From Laetmonice hystrix (taxonomy: Eukaryota): a stretch of 64,000 nucleotides of DNA. Positions 44,081 through 53,671 of the stretch are shown in pieces. A program made the translations under genes and the position numbers. The notes beneath the pieces are model-generated. The model had not been told where the DNA came from, made no database searches, and saw nothing but the letters and a program-made list of their open reading frames with translations. The stretch covers positions 41,666,001 through 41,730,000 of the forward strand of contig OZ249436.1 of assembly GCA_965235115.1 (NCBI GenBank), given 5' to 3'. Each line of letters starts with the position of its first letter. The first letter of the stretch is position 1.

Positions 44081-44315
44081 CAGGCGCTGATCTAGGATTT
44101 TTTCAAGGGGGGTGGCTAGGAGCCTTAGGACAGGTCGAGCACCAAAGGTGCGAAGCCTTGCTAGGGGCGTCCGGGACACCCACGAAATTTCAAGGTGCAA
44201 TTTGATGCATTTTGGAGCAAAAAATACTGTATTAAATGAAATGTCAAAAGTGGCCAGCCAAAAATAAAGGCTAGCCACTCAATTCACCTCCCCCCCCCCC
44301 CAATCCGCCCCGGCA
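44081..44315. repeat. Dispersed repeat family copy (related copies at ~45878-46065 and ~34860-34995)
   Basis: Shared motifs GCGAAGCCTTGCT.GGGG, AATTT..A and GATGCATTTTGGAGCA across the copies. Confidence 0.6.
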
Positions 44316-46423
44316 TGATTTTGACTACTAACTTTATCATGATTAATTTGGCTGGCAGTTGAGGTGACTAGCTGAGGTATATGGAAAAAAATGCAAGCAG
44401 ATAACAAGTAGCACACCCCCAAGTGACCCGGGTTGGATCTGCAAACCGGCACCAAAACCTGCTGGCCCGCAAGGACAGCCGTAGAACCCGTCTGAATGAT
44501 AAATCTTGGCCTAGGCGTTTTAGGGCTAGATTTTGTCTTGGCTTGATTACACGTAAATGAGTAAATCTAGTAAATTTATGGTTAGTGCATCGAGTGGCCT
44601 AGATCTAGCCATATCCAATAGATGACGATTGTGGTGTGCCCCCCCCCCGTATTTTTGCAGACTGACTTTTTAACTAATTGCGAATGAAAAAAAATGCTAT
44701 TTTCAGCTATCTCATAACACCTTGGATTTTGTTCCCAGATGCCAGAAAAACGTGTACAAAGTATTTGGCACTAATTTTCACATTTTTCTGGGGGAGCCCC
44801 CCCCCCCCCCGCTCCAGCCTTCTTGCATTTAGCGCTCGCATAACTGCATCTCAAATCTTGGAATTTGGGTAGTACAGGTATGTTCAATCAGGGATGCAAC
44901 TCTTCAGGTAATTACCTGATTTTGACCCGATTTCATACCATAAAAAGTGCTTCTCGGATTCTCATTTTACAGCTATTTTTCACACTATCGTATCCTGCAG
45001 GTAGGTATCTAAAATCTGAAATGATCTAAAATGGCATCTTTCCCCATTAAAACGAGACCGATCGAGCCCCAAGCATTCACGGCTTCTAGCCGCACGCGTC
45101 CCGTCAGATCGCGTGGTGAATCATCGGTCTCCCTGGCAACGGTCAGCCACCACCGTCCGGGGAAGGTAACGCCTCCAGCGTGGGCCGCAGCCCGGCCGGT
45201 GGAGCTCTTACCCGATCTGAAACAGGAGCCGTCCACTCCGACCCTTGTATGGGTTAAGATGGTGATCTAGCCCCAACACAATGTGTTAATGTACACATGT
45301 TTGTTCCAATGTATCCATAGACAGCGTGACCGTATACAATCAGGGTAACACACATCAAAAAGTTATTCAAGAAGTATTATGTAGAGCCTAGTCGGGTCAA
45401 AAGTACCGTAATATACCTGGAAATGGGACCACCGAAAACAGGTATTCCGCTACAGCCCGGGTCCAATTTTAACTTCAAAATTGAAGTTGGTTTCAAAATA
45501 CATGTAAGGGGGGGGGGGGGGTAATCTGAAGCTACATGGGGGGGGGGGGTAATCTGAAGCTACATGTAGTTTCATCATGCCCCCTACATATCCAAAAGAA
45601 TTACGATTGTAGGATCAAGAACGACCTTTTTCTTAGTAGCTCCTAGAACACTTCATATGTGCACTGCAATAAATCTAAAAAAACGCGAAAGGATACTGCA
45701 TACTTTTTACTGAGACTAGAACTCAATGAAAATTATTTTTAATCAGGAACTACTGACATAAGGTGGTAGTAAATGAAGCGAAAAACATAAAAGTTTACAA
45801 ATGGATAACAACATACGGGACATACATGTGTATTTGTTTTTGTAACAACCCCAGTGATTTAAATAGGGGGTAAAGTGCAGGGGCGGATCCAACTTTTTGC
45901 GTTAGGGGAGGGGGGGTTCAACGTGTATAGGGGCGACACAGATGCGACTGCACGAGCGCCGAAGGCGCGAAGCCTTGCTCGGGGGGGTCCGCCCCCCGGA
46001 AAATTTTGAATTTCAAGATGTAGGCTAATTTGGTGCAATCCGATGCATTTTGGAGCACAAAATAAGCTATTCAATGACCAATGTGACCAAGGGCAAAAGG
46101 GCCTCCTCAAGTCCAACAGCAACTTTGGCTATAGCATGAAATCATGCCGAGCGTAGCGAGACAAATTTTTTTTTAGGTGGTTTTTATCTTGCGACTGAAA
46201 GAAAAAAACTTCTAAATTATAATGTTTGAACCACCTTAAGTTAAAATGTGTGTATCTGCAAAATTTTAGGGGGGGTTCGAACCCCCTGAACCCCCCCCCC
46301 TCTCTATGAAAGGCACTGGAGAAATAAAGGTTCCATTTTAAGATATTCCCATCACCTCATTAATAATATTGTCCTTACAGGTAGTCCAAGTATTTTATTA
46401 GATGCAATACATGAAACGACAAA

Positions 46424-46697
46424 CGTAAAGGATTAGTAGTAATCCTACTGTTGGTTAGTAGATAAATTACTTACCACCATAACTAAATGAGATAATTTGT
46501 ATACGGAGTTCACTCTGGCGGAATAAAATTTTAAATGACAACTAATCGTATATAGATCTTGCCACTGATAATGATCAGTGGTCAGCACCTAGCGGTCAGT
46601 AGACCGCTACTACTCCAGCGCCCTCTGGTGGGTCAAAGGTCATTGACCTTGAGGGTCAAAGGCCATTGACCCTACACCCAATATCAATCACTGTAGT
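46424..46697. repeat. DIRS 3' inverted terminal repeat including its unique outer extension
   Basis: Reverse complement of 52769-53002 over 46464-46697, plus a 40-bp unique outer extension. Confidence 0.92.
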
Positions 46698-46742
46698 GAC
46701 GCCAGCATAACGCGAACAGTGGGGAGGCGGGAGGGAATCCAT

Positions 46743-46848
46743 GTTATGGTGGTAAGTAATTTATCTACTAACCAACAGTAGGATTACTACTAATCCTTTA
46801 CGGTTGGTGTCATAGATGAAATTACTTACCACCATAACTAAATGAGAT
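46743..46848. other. DIRS internal complementary region (ICR)
   Basis: 46743-46802 is the reverse complement of 46424-46483, and 46803-46848 is the reverse complement of 52973-53018. The two halves join as CCTTTACG|GTTGGTGT, the circle-junction template. Confidence 0.92.
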
Positions 46849-47239
46849 GAGTGCTAAGCTCGGGAGGAGGGTTTGCGTAAATTTCATGTAATCAGGTTCT
46901 ACTCACCCGAAACTAAGTTGTCCAGGTGAAGAACTGCCTTTGTGACCCATGCTAGGTCTGCCCTGGGGCTCAATACAATCCCCCCCAACTATTTCTTTTG
47001 GCCACCTCAGTGTTCCTAGACAGTGAGATAGCATAGAAAGTGCAACCACTACCCTGACCGTGGTTGTCGACTTAACAAAAAGTGGTTAGTTAAGATTCAG
47101 GTGAACAACGCCACCTGAGTCACGAATTTAATTTTCATGATTATCCCATGGAACGTGAAGTGCACCCAACACCAACTTTAAACGAGTGCCTATTAATACT
47201 AACTCATCTTTAGAATTTTGGGACTCCGCCCTTATGAAA

Positions 47240-50152
47240 CTAAGCTCGTGGGTTGACTATTGTCTGAGCCACGGCTACAGGTCCAAAGCTGTATAAGCTA
47301 TCTGCCTGTTGGCACATTTGGCGCAAATAATATTTTGTGAAAGTGGTCTCAGCTCTCCAGAAGGCTGCTTTCATGATATCACCAATAGGTATCCCATTGA
47401 AATAGGCCCAAGATGCAGAAACAGCGCGTACTTCATGGGCAGACACTTTCAACTCCCTGTAACTCTCAGGAGTCACAGCTCCATAAGCGCCTTTAATAAT
47501 GTCTACCAACCAACGAGAAATTGTGGCTGGAGCGACGTCACCCAATTTCCTATTATCATAAGAAACGAAAAGTCGAGATGTTCCTTCTCTGATACTTTTC
47601 GTTGCATCCAAATATGCTCTTAACGCCCTAACGGGGCAGAGCACAGATTCTTGACCCGATTCCCCCTCTTTATCGGGAGGAAGGGCTGGCAGAACAATCT
47701 TAAAGGGAGATTGTGACGGGTCTTGATTCTTTGTCAAAAAATCCGGTACAAAGAACAATGATACATCTGAGTAACCCCGACCGAACGTAATAAAGGAATC
47801 ATCACCTCCTAAGGCGTGTATCTCTGATCGTCTGCGTCCCGACGCAAGCGCAATCAAGAAAACCGTTTTTTGCGTCAAAACTTTCAAGTTGGCTTCAAGA
47901 ATAGGTTCAAACGGTTCTCTAGCAAGATAGCCTAATACAATGGACAAATCCCAAGCAGGTGATCTCTTCAGTTTCACCGGCCTCTCGAGTCCAAAATTTC
48001 TGAACAGATCACTAATGGCCGGATTCAGTCCAATGGTCGAACCATCACTGGCCTTAACGGTTTGAGAAATTGCAGATCTATAACCTCTTATGGTTGATAC
48101 TGCTAAGCCTTTATTGAAGAGATAGAGGAAGAACTCTGCCAGGGCCTCTATGGGCGGTGACGAATGATCTACATCGTTCTCACTAGCCCAATTCACAAAG
48201 GCCGCCCATTTAGCTTGGTAGACTGACCTAGTGGAACAGCGATGTTTTCTAGACATTCTATCTGCTGCCTCCTGAGAAAATCCCCTTTTACGGCATCTCG
48301 TCCGGACAATTTGAATGCGTGTAGCTGATACAGCTGGGGATTGGGATGGAGCTGTCCCTTTTGGCTCAACAGATCCTCCCTCTCTGGTAACTTCCTCGGA
48401 TGTTCCAGGAGAAGTTGAAATATGAGGGGAAACCAAACTTGGTTCGGCCACCAAGGAGCAATCAAGATAATGTTCGCTTGGTCCTCTACTATCTTCGCCA
48501 ATACCTGTCTTAACAGTATTGGTGGTGGAAATGCGTAGGCTTGAAATTGGCTCCAGCTGTGGGACAACGCATCCACTGCAACAGCTTGTGGATGAGGGAA
48601 AGGAGTCATGAACAGAGGCAAAGTTGCATTCTCTGGAATGGCAAACAAATCTATTTGAGGTGTTCCCCACAACTGGAACAGCTCCCGGACCACTTCCCGA
48701 TTCAGGGCCCAATCTGAAGGAGGGAGGCGGACTCCCCGGGATAAGGCATCGGCTTTGTAGTTCCGGTTGCCTTGTATATGTGCTACGAGAAGAATAACCT
48801 GGTGATTCCTGCACCACCACAGGATCTCCCACGTCAACTTGAAGAGGGGAACTGACTTTGTCCCGCCCTGATTGCGCAAATAGTTGACTGCCGCTGTATT
48901 GTCCGAATGCACCAAAACTGTCTTGTTTGTCACCAAATGCGGCCACTGTTGTAAGGCTAGTTTTACTGCCAACAACTCCAACTGATTGATGTGCAGAACT
49001 TTTTGGTCTGGCGTCCATACGCCCCTGACCTTCAGATTCTGAAGATGAGCTCCCCAGCCCCGGCTCGATGCGTCGGTAAACACATGCAGATCTGGAGTAG
49101 GATTGCGGAAGAGACAACCCTCCGTTAATATTGCCTCTTGAAGCCACCAACTCACAAATTGTACTACTGATCGGGGAATCAGTACTGGTTGGTCTAAGGG
49201 TTGGTGATGTGGTCTCCATGTGCTTAGTAAGGCAAATTGGAGAGGCCTCAAATGTAGTCGACCCAAAGGCATTGCCATACTGCCCGAATTGAGAAACCCT
49301 AAAATTTGCAGCCACATTCGAGCCGGAGCTGTCCTCAGAGATAGGAATTTGGGAAATATCTCTCGCAGCTTCCTGATCCAGTCCTCCGTCAGAAAAACTT
49401 TCATGCATGTCGTATCCCATTTGAATCCTAGATATACAAACACCTGGGACGGTGTCAGGGAACATTTGGGAATATTGACCTTCAAGCCCAACCTGACTAG
49501 GGTGTGCATTAATAGACCCGCTTGATCTAATAGCTGGGCCCGGTCGGCTTGTCTCAGAAGCCAATCGTCGAGGTACTGGTGCAGCAACATGCCCCGCTTG
49601 CGACCCCAGGCGCCCACTGGTGCCATCATTTTTGTGAACACCCGTGGGGCTGATGTTAGTCCAAAGGGAAGTACTGCAAACTGGTATCCCTCTTTGCTTG
49701 ACGTTGCTAGACGAAGAAAACGTTGGTGAGGAGGATAAATTGGAACATGCAGATACGCATCCTGTAAATCGATGGTTATAGTCCAGTCTCCCTTTTGTAA
49801 ACTGTGGGCTACTGACCGAACCGTTTCCATGTGGAACGGCTCTTTTACCAGGTAATTGTTCAACTTCTTGAGATTGAACACTGGTCTCAACCCTCCGGTC
49901 TTTTTGGGAACTGTGAATACTCCGGAATAAAACCCCGGCTTGATTCTGACGGGATCTATCCTCACCAACGCTCTCTTCTCCTGTAACTTTGTCAATTCCT
50001 GGAGGAGTGCATTCTTCTTGCATATCTCTGAGGGCAAACGGAAGGGGCGGAACTCGGGAGACAGAGGAGGCTTCTGCTCGAACTTGAGGCGTAAACCGTC
50101 TCGAAGGACGGACAACACCCATTGATCTGAGCAGTCTATGAATTGTTGCCAA
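47240..50152 (-). CDS. DIRS tyrosine recombinase ORF (YR domain ~47240-48256; long upstream frame overlaps the RT ORF)
   Basis: Motifs GRRRSEIHAL (R), TKNQ (K), LCPVRALRAY, AHEVRA (HxxR), FWR, and TFTKYY (catalytic Y). The true start codon is uncertain. Confidence 0.92.
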   Translation of the reverse strand: MATIHRLLRSMGVVRPSRRFTPQVRAEASSVSRVPPLPFALRDMQEECTPPGIDKVTGEESVGEDRSRQNQAGVLFRSIHSSQKDRRVETSVQSQEVEQLPGKRAVPHGNGSVSSPQFTKGRLDYNHRFTGCVSACSNLSSSPTFSSSSNVKQRGIPVCSTSLWTNISPTGVHKNDGTSGRLGSQAGHVAAPVPRRLASETSRPGPAIRSSGSINAHPSQVGLEGQYSQMFPDTVPGVCISRIQMGYDMHESFSDGGLDQEAARDISQIPISEDSSGSNVAANFRVSQFGQYGNAFGSTTFEASPICLTKHMETTSPTLRPTSTDSPISSTICELVASRGNINGGLSLPQSYSRSACVYRRIEPGLGSSSSESEGQGRMDARPKSSAHQSVGVVGSKTSLTTVAAFGDKQDSFGAFGQYSGSQLFAQSGRDKVSSPLQVDVGDPVVVQESPGYSSRSTYTRQPELQSRCLIPGSPPPSFRLGPESGSGPGAVPVVGNTSNRFVCHSRECNFASVHDSFPSSTSCCSGCVVPQLEPISSLRISTTNTVKTGIGEDSRGPSEHYLDCSLVAEPSLVSPHISTSPGTSEEVTREGGSVEPKGTAPSQSPAVSATRIQIVRTRCRKRGFSQEAADRMSRKHRCSTRSVYQAKWAAFVNWASENDVDHSSPPIEALAEFFLYLFNKGLAVSTIRGYRSAISQTVKASDGSTIGLNPAISDLFRNFGLERPVKLKRSPAWDLSIVLGYLAREPFEPILEANLKVLTQKTVFLIALASGRRRSEIHALGGDDSFITFGRGYSDVSLFFVPDFLTKNQDPSQSPFKIVLPALPPDKEGESGQESVLCPVRALRAYLDATKSIREGTSRLFVSYDNRKLGDVAPATISRWLVDIIKGAYGAVTPESYRELKVSAHEVRAVSASWAYFNGIPIGDIMKAAFWRAETTFTKYYLRQMCQQADSLYSFGPVAVAQTIVNPRA

Positions 50153-50604
50153 CGGAGGTGAGCGTTTTGCAGACGGAGTCCGACTGGTAACCGCATCAAG
50201 GGCTCCTCCATCAAAGCATAGGTATTTTCCAAAAAAGAAGCCTCCAGTCTCCCGACCTGTAAGCCTATATAGGGATCCCCCCCATTTCCATCTGGGGAGT
50301 CGTGATCCCTAGAATCTGCGCCCTCTAGTGGTGGAACCAAAGTTCCTTGGGTAACTGGCATTTTGGTTTCCGGCTGATGATCCACGAAAGGGCCTTCGAC
50401 CCCTCGTTGCTGGGCCTCGACCCCCGTGATCTCTCTGACCTCGAAATCTGCCTCTCTGAGGGAGGTCAGATCTGGGCCAATATTGCCGTCCCTTGTTAGG
50501 GTCTGAAACTCGAATTGTACTGGCTGCCAACTCACGCTCTCTGATGCTGGCAAGCTGTCCTGAAAATAAGGTATCTCCTTGAAGAGGAAGCTGCCTGAGA
50601 GCAT
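48193..50604 (-). CDS. DIRS reverse transcriptase / RNase H / Dam-like methyltransferase polyprotein
   Basis: RT: IDLQDAYLHVPI, LPFGLTSAPRVFTK, YLDD. RNase H: VFTDASSRGWGA, HINQLELLAV, SDN, ADALSR. MT: IDLFA...AYAFPP...LIAPWWP. Confidence 0.95.
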   Translation of the reverse strand: MLSGSFLFKEIPYFQDSLPASESVSWQPVQFEFQTLTRDGNIGPDLTSLREADFEVREITGVEAQQRGVEGPFVDHQPETKMPVTQGTLVPPLEGADSRDHDSPDGNGGDPYIGLQVGRLEASFLENTYALMEEPLMRLPVGLRLQNAHLRWQQFIDCSDQWVLSVLRDGLRLKFEQKPPLSPEFRPFRLPSEICKKNALLQELTKLQEKRALVRIDPVRIKPGFYSGVFTVPKKTGGLRPVFNLKKLNNYLVKEPFHMETVRSVAHSLQKGDWTITIDLQDAYLHVPIYPPHQRFLRLATSSKEGYQFAVLPFGLTSAPRVFTKMMAPVGAWGRKRGMLLHQYLDDWLLRQADRAQLLDQAGLLMHTLVRLGLKVNIPKCSLTPSQVFVYLGFKWDTTCMKVFLTEDWIRKLREIFPKFLSLRTAPARMWLQILGFLNSGSMAMPLGRLHLRPLQFALLSTWRPHHQPLDQPVLIPRSVVQFVSWWLQEAILTEGCLFRNPTPDLHVFTDASSRGWGAHLQNLKVRGVWTPDQKVLHINQLELLAVKLALQQWPHLVTNKTVLVHSDNTAAVNYLRNQGGTKSVPLFKLTWEILWWCRNHQVILLVAHIQGNRNYKADALSRGVRLPPSDWALNREVVRELFQLWGTPQIDLFAIPENATLPLFMTPFPHPQAVAVDALSHSWSQFQAYAFPPPILLRQVLAKIVEDQANIILIAPWWPNQVWFPLIFQLLLEHPRKLPEREDLLSQKGQLHPNPQLYQLHAFKLSGRDAVKGDFLRRQQIECLENIAVPLGQSTKLNGRPL

Positions 50605-52471
50605 CCCGAGAGGACTCAGAATATACCGATTTCCTCAGAGCAGCATCTCGACGGGCCAAAACCCAGTTAGCCGACGATCTGACTGACGACTCTATGGAAT
50701 GGCGTAAGGCTAGTAGCCCTGAATTCATGAACTGCTGGGCCAGTTCGAATCTTCCCTCCTGAATGGTACCAACTGCCGCAGTGAACATATACTCTGCTGT
50801 AATTGCTGTGGCCGTTGCCAGTCTTGTTTTATTATCCTGATTCATGAGCGCCTGCCGAGAAATCAAAATCTGAGCTGGCTCTTGAATTTTAAATAAATCC
50901 GCATCCGGATCTAAGGTTGGTCCTGAGCGCGGAGGACCCGAATGTAGCTCATAATCTTTCTTACGCAGAGCTTTAATGACTGGCTCCTCTCCTTTAAAGC
51001 CTGACTGGAAAAATTTTCCTTTTGGCAACACCTTGGTTCCGGGTCTGCGGGACGAATCTTTACTCAGAGAGTTCGATAGCCGCTTCCAGATTTGCAGATT
51101 AACATCTCCATATGGCAAGGCAGAATCAGGCTTAACCTGATCCGAATTACCCAATTCAAAAGTGCCAATAAGACCCACTGGCAACTCAGAATCCATCTGC
51201 CTAACTGGGCATAAGGTTGGGCCTAAGACTTGAGCCGCTTTCAAGCGAAGTTCTGCAAACGACAGAGCATCAAGCCCATCTTCTTGCCTCGGCAAGATCT
51301 GCTCTTCTCCGTCCTCGTCTGAGGACCCATCGGAATTATAAGCCGAGGATGGAGATCGTATTGGGGATCGACTTCTTGATCGTGCACTCAACCCCACGCC
51401 ACTGGTAGAAGGGCCCAAATAAATGTCTGGCCGTTGCTCTCGAGCTATTGACCAACTGCCCGTCTGCCCAGGACGAAACCCGCCAGACGGACCAGCAACC
51501 GCATCGGAAAACAGAGGCTCTCGAGCCCTTGGCCGACTGCTATGTTCGTCGAACGACCCAGGATTAACATTGATCATTTGAGGTTCTCGAACCTTTGACC
51601 GACTTCCAGGTCCCTCGAACGACCCAGCGTCAACAGCGGCCACTTGAGGTTCTCGAACCTGTGGCCTACTGTTTGTGTGTCGTTGACCCAGTCCGCTGGA
51701 CGGAACCACGTCGAAGGTGGCCACTTGAGGTTCTCGAACCTGTGGCCTACTGCTTGAGTGTCGCTGACCCGGTCCGCTGGACGGATCCACGTTGAGGGCG
51801 GTCATCTGTGGCTCTCGAGCCCGTGGCTGATGACTTTTGCCTCGTCGACCCGGCCCCTCAGACAGACCCGAGTAGTGGTCGGCTCCTTCAGGTTCTCGCA
51901 CCTGTGACCGACCCTCACACTGAAGTTGCTTCCTTGACCCCGTTGGCAAACGAGCATCAGCTGAAGTCGATCTCGACGTACCACTAGACTTTTTGCATTT
52001 TTTACCTTCATTCTTACGGGGCAGGAGGAATTCTTCTAGCCGCACTAAGGGAGATTTAGAGGAAACCACCTGATCTTGCCTTAGTGAGGAATCACTTTCC
52101 ACATCTGACGAAATATTAAGATTTGCAGACTGTTTACTTTGAAATTTAACAAACATTTCAAATATTTGTGACATTTGAGTAGGGGAAAAATCTACATCTT
52201 GTTTTGAACTACCACCAGTTTCAGAAGGATTATTAATATAGGCCGTATCTAAGGTGTTAATAAGAAGCCGACACCTTTCAACTCTAGATTCTAGCATTGG
52301 AGAGCTTCTCTCAGCAGACAGGAAGCCTGAGGCCTGGGTTTTCAGTTTTCTCCATTTATCCCGGGCCCACACAGAACAAACTTCACATGGTTGATTAATA
52401 TCACAATCACGGCAAAAGAGACACCGGTCATGATCGTCCCATTTAGGCATTTTGTGTTTGCAAATGGCCAT
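50309..52471 (-). CDS. DIRS gag-like ORF1 with N-terminal Cys/His cluster
   Basis: MAICKHKMPKWDDHDRCLFCRDCDINQPCEVC zinc-finger-like N-terminus, central REPQ repeats, C-terminal ARRDAAL...LPLQGDTLF and an RG-rich tail. The frame is open back to 52561, so the start may be upstream. Confidence 0.85.
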   Translation of the reverse strand: MAICKHKMPKWDDHDRCLFCRDCDINQPCEVCSVWARDKWRKLKTQASGFLSAERSSPMLESRVERCRLLINTLDTAYINNPSETGGSSKQDVDFSPTQMSQIFEMFVKFQSKQSANLNISSDVESDSSLRQDQVVSSKSPLVRLEEFLLPRKNEGKKCKKSSGTSRSTSADARLPTGSRKQLQCEGRSQVREPEGADHYSGLSEGPGRRGKSHQPRAREPQMTALNVDPSSGPGQRHSSSRPQVREPQVATFDVVPSSGLGQRHTNSRPQVREPQVAAVDAGSFEGPGSRSKVREPQMINVNPGSFDEHSSRPRAREPLFSDAVAGPSGGFRPGQTGSWSIAREQRPDIYLGPSTSGVGLSARSRSRSPIRSPSSAYNSDGSSDEDGEEQILPRQEDGLDALSFAELRLKAAQVLGPTLCPVRQMDSELPVGLIGTFELGNSDQVKPDSALPYGDVNLQIWKRLSNSLSKDSSRRPGTKVLPKGKFFQSGFKGEEPVIKALRKKDYELHSGPPRSGPTLDPDADLFKIQEPAQILISRQALMNQDNKTRLATATAITAEYMFTAAVGTIQEGRFELAQQFMNSGLLALRHSIESSVRSSANWVLARRDAALRKSVYSESSRDALRQLPLQGDTLFSGQLASIRERELAASTIRVSDPNKGRQYWPRSDLPQRGRFRGQRDHGGRGPATRGRRPFRGSSAGNQNASYPRNFGSTTRGRRF

Positions 52472-52768
52472 GTTTACGACTGCTGAAACACAATAGAGAC
52501 GACTACTGAGACCTAGCAACTGGCTGGCCTTAGCAACTACATGCATGGCAACGGTAAACAAAGTCGTTTCTAGCGGTCAATTTGAAGCGAGTATTACAAG
52601 ACTCAATGAAAACATAATAATAACCACACCTACCTCGAAAGGAAGCGTTCTAGGAGGTTTGGGTAGATAGAAAACCTTACCAGAGTGATAAATCTCCTAA
52701 ACAAATCGTTCCTCAGGCAAGGCAATCCCGCGTAGCGCAACACACATGTTCGCTCCTTGCCTGGCGGA

Positions 52769-53018
52769 ACTACAGTGATTGATATTGGGTGTAGGGTCAA
52801 TGGCCTTTGACCCTCAAGGTCAATGACCTTTGACCCACCAGAGGGCGCTGGAGTAGTAGCGGTCTACTGACCGCTAGGTGCTGACCACTGATCATTATCA
52901 GTGGCAAGATCTATATACGATTAGTTGTCATTTAAAATTTTATTCCGCCAGAGTGAACTCCGTATACAAATTATCTCATTTAGTTATGGTGGTAAGTAAT
53001 TTCATCTATGACACCAAC
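52769..53018. repeat. DIRS 5' inverted terminal repeat
   Basis: Reverse complement of the left ITR core. The element begins GTTGGTGT on the minus strand. Confidence 0.92.
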
Positions 53019-53610
53019 ATATGCACTGCCTGAAGTGGGTGCCCATTTTTTTTTTGGGGGGGGGGGGGCATTGTTGGAATGTTTTACCTGTCATGTAACC
53101 TCATTCGATCCTTTCACACAGCGAGATTGGCGATATGACTATACGGGCTTGCTTTAAATGTGACCTAGATTTCAGAAGTACTGGGGGGGGGTAATTATAA
53201 AGGATCGTGCAGTCACACCTTGGAGAAGTGACCAGCTGAACGCGGCTAGGAGATAGGAAATTACGTGTGGGGATAGGAGTCCTGGATCATCTACCGTGTG
53301 ACGTCACGGGCCGTCTGAACGTCCTGGAGGTGAGCTACCGTATGACGTCACGGGCTGTCAGAACGTCCTGGGGCACGCTCACATTCGCGCCCATTTGCTG
53401 AAATGAACGCTCATAGATCCTGCACGGGACTCTGGGCAAACCGCAGGGGGTAACGAGGACACCGGGGCGAACTAGTTTCACCGCAGTACATGGAAGACAT
53501 GGCTTCCCGCATGACACCAGTCAAACCGGCGGCGGTTAAGCTCAAGACAGTCAACCAGCGTAAGTTTAATTCAAGACCTGTTCAACAACATCAGCGATCT
53601 TGCCGACCGG

Positions 53611-53671
53611 TGTGGCGCCAAAATAGTAGTCCGGACTACTATTTTGTGCGGACCACTATCCTGACGCTACA
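53611..53671. mobile_element. 61-bp mini-element with TGT...ACA ends, CCGG flanks and a 28-bp internal palindrome
   Basis: CCGG|TGTGGCG...CGCTACA|CCGG; palindrome CAAAATAGTAGTCCGGACTACTATTTTG at 53619-53646. Confidence 0.55.

Larger units (their letters stand above)
46424..53018 (-). mobile_element. Complete DIRS1-like tyrosine-recombinase retrotransposon (~6.6 kb)
   Basis: Inverted terminal repeats share a 234-bp core (46464-46697 vs 52769-53002). ICR at 46743-46848. Three overlapping intact ORFs encode gag, RT-RNaseH-MT and YR. No clear TSD. Confidence 0.96.

Noticed and set aside
46421..46426. GTT/TTT trinucleotide target duplication at the DIRS ends
   Set aside because: The ICR junction has an extra G relative to a simple GTT overlap, so the exact crossover cannot be assigned without an empty site.
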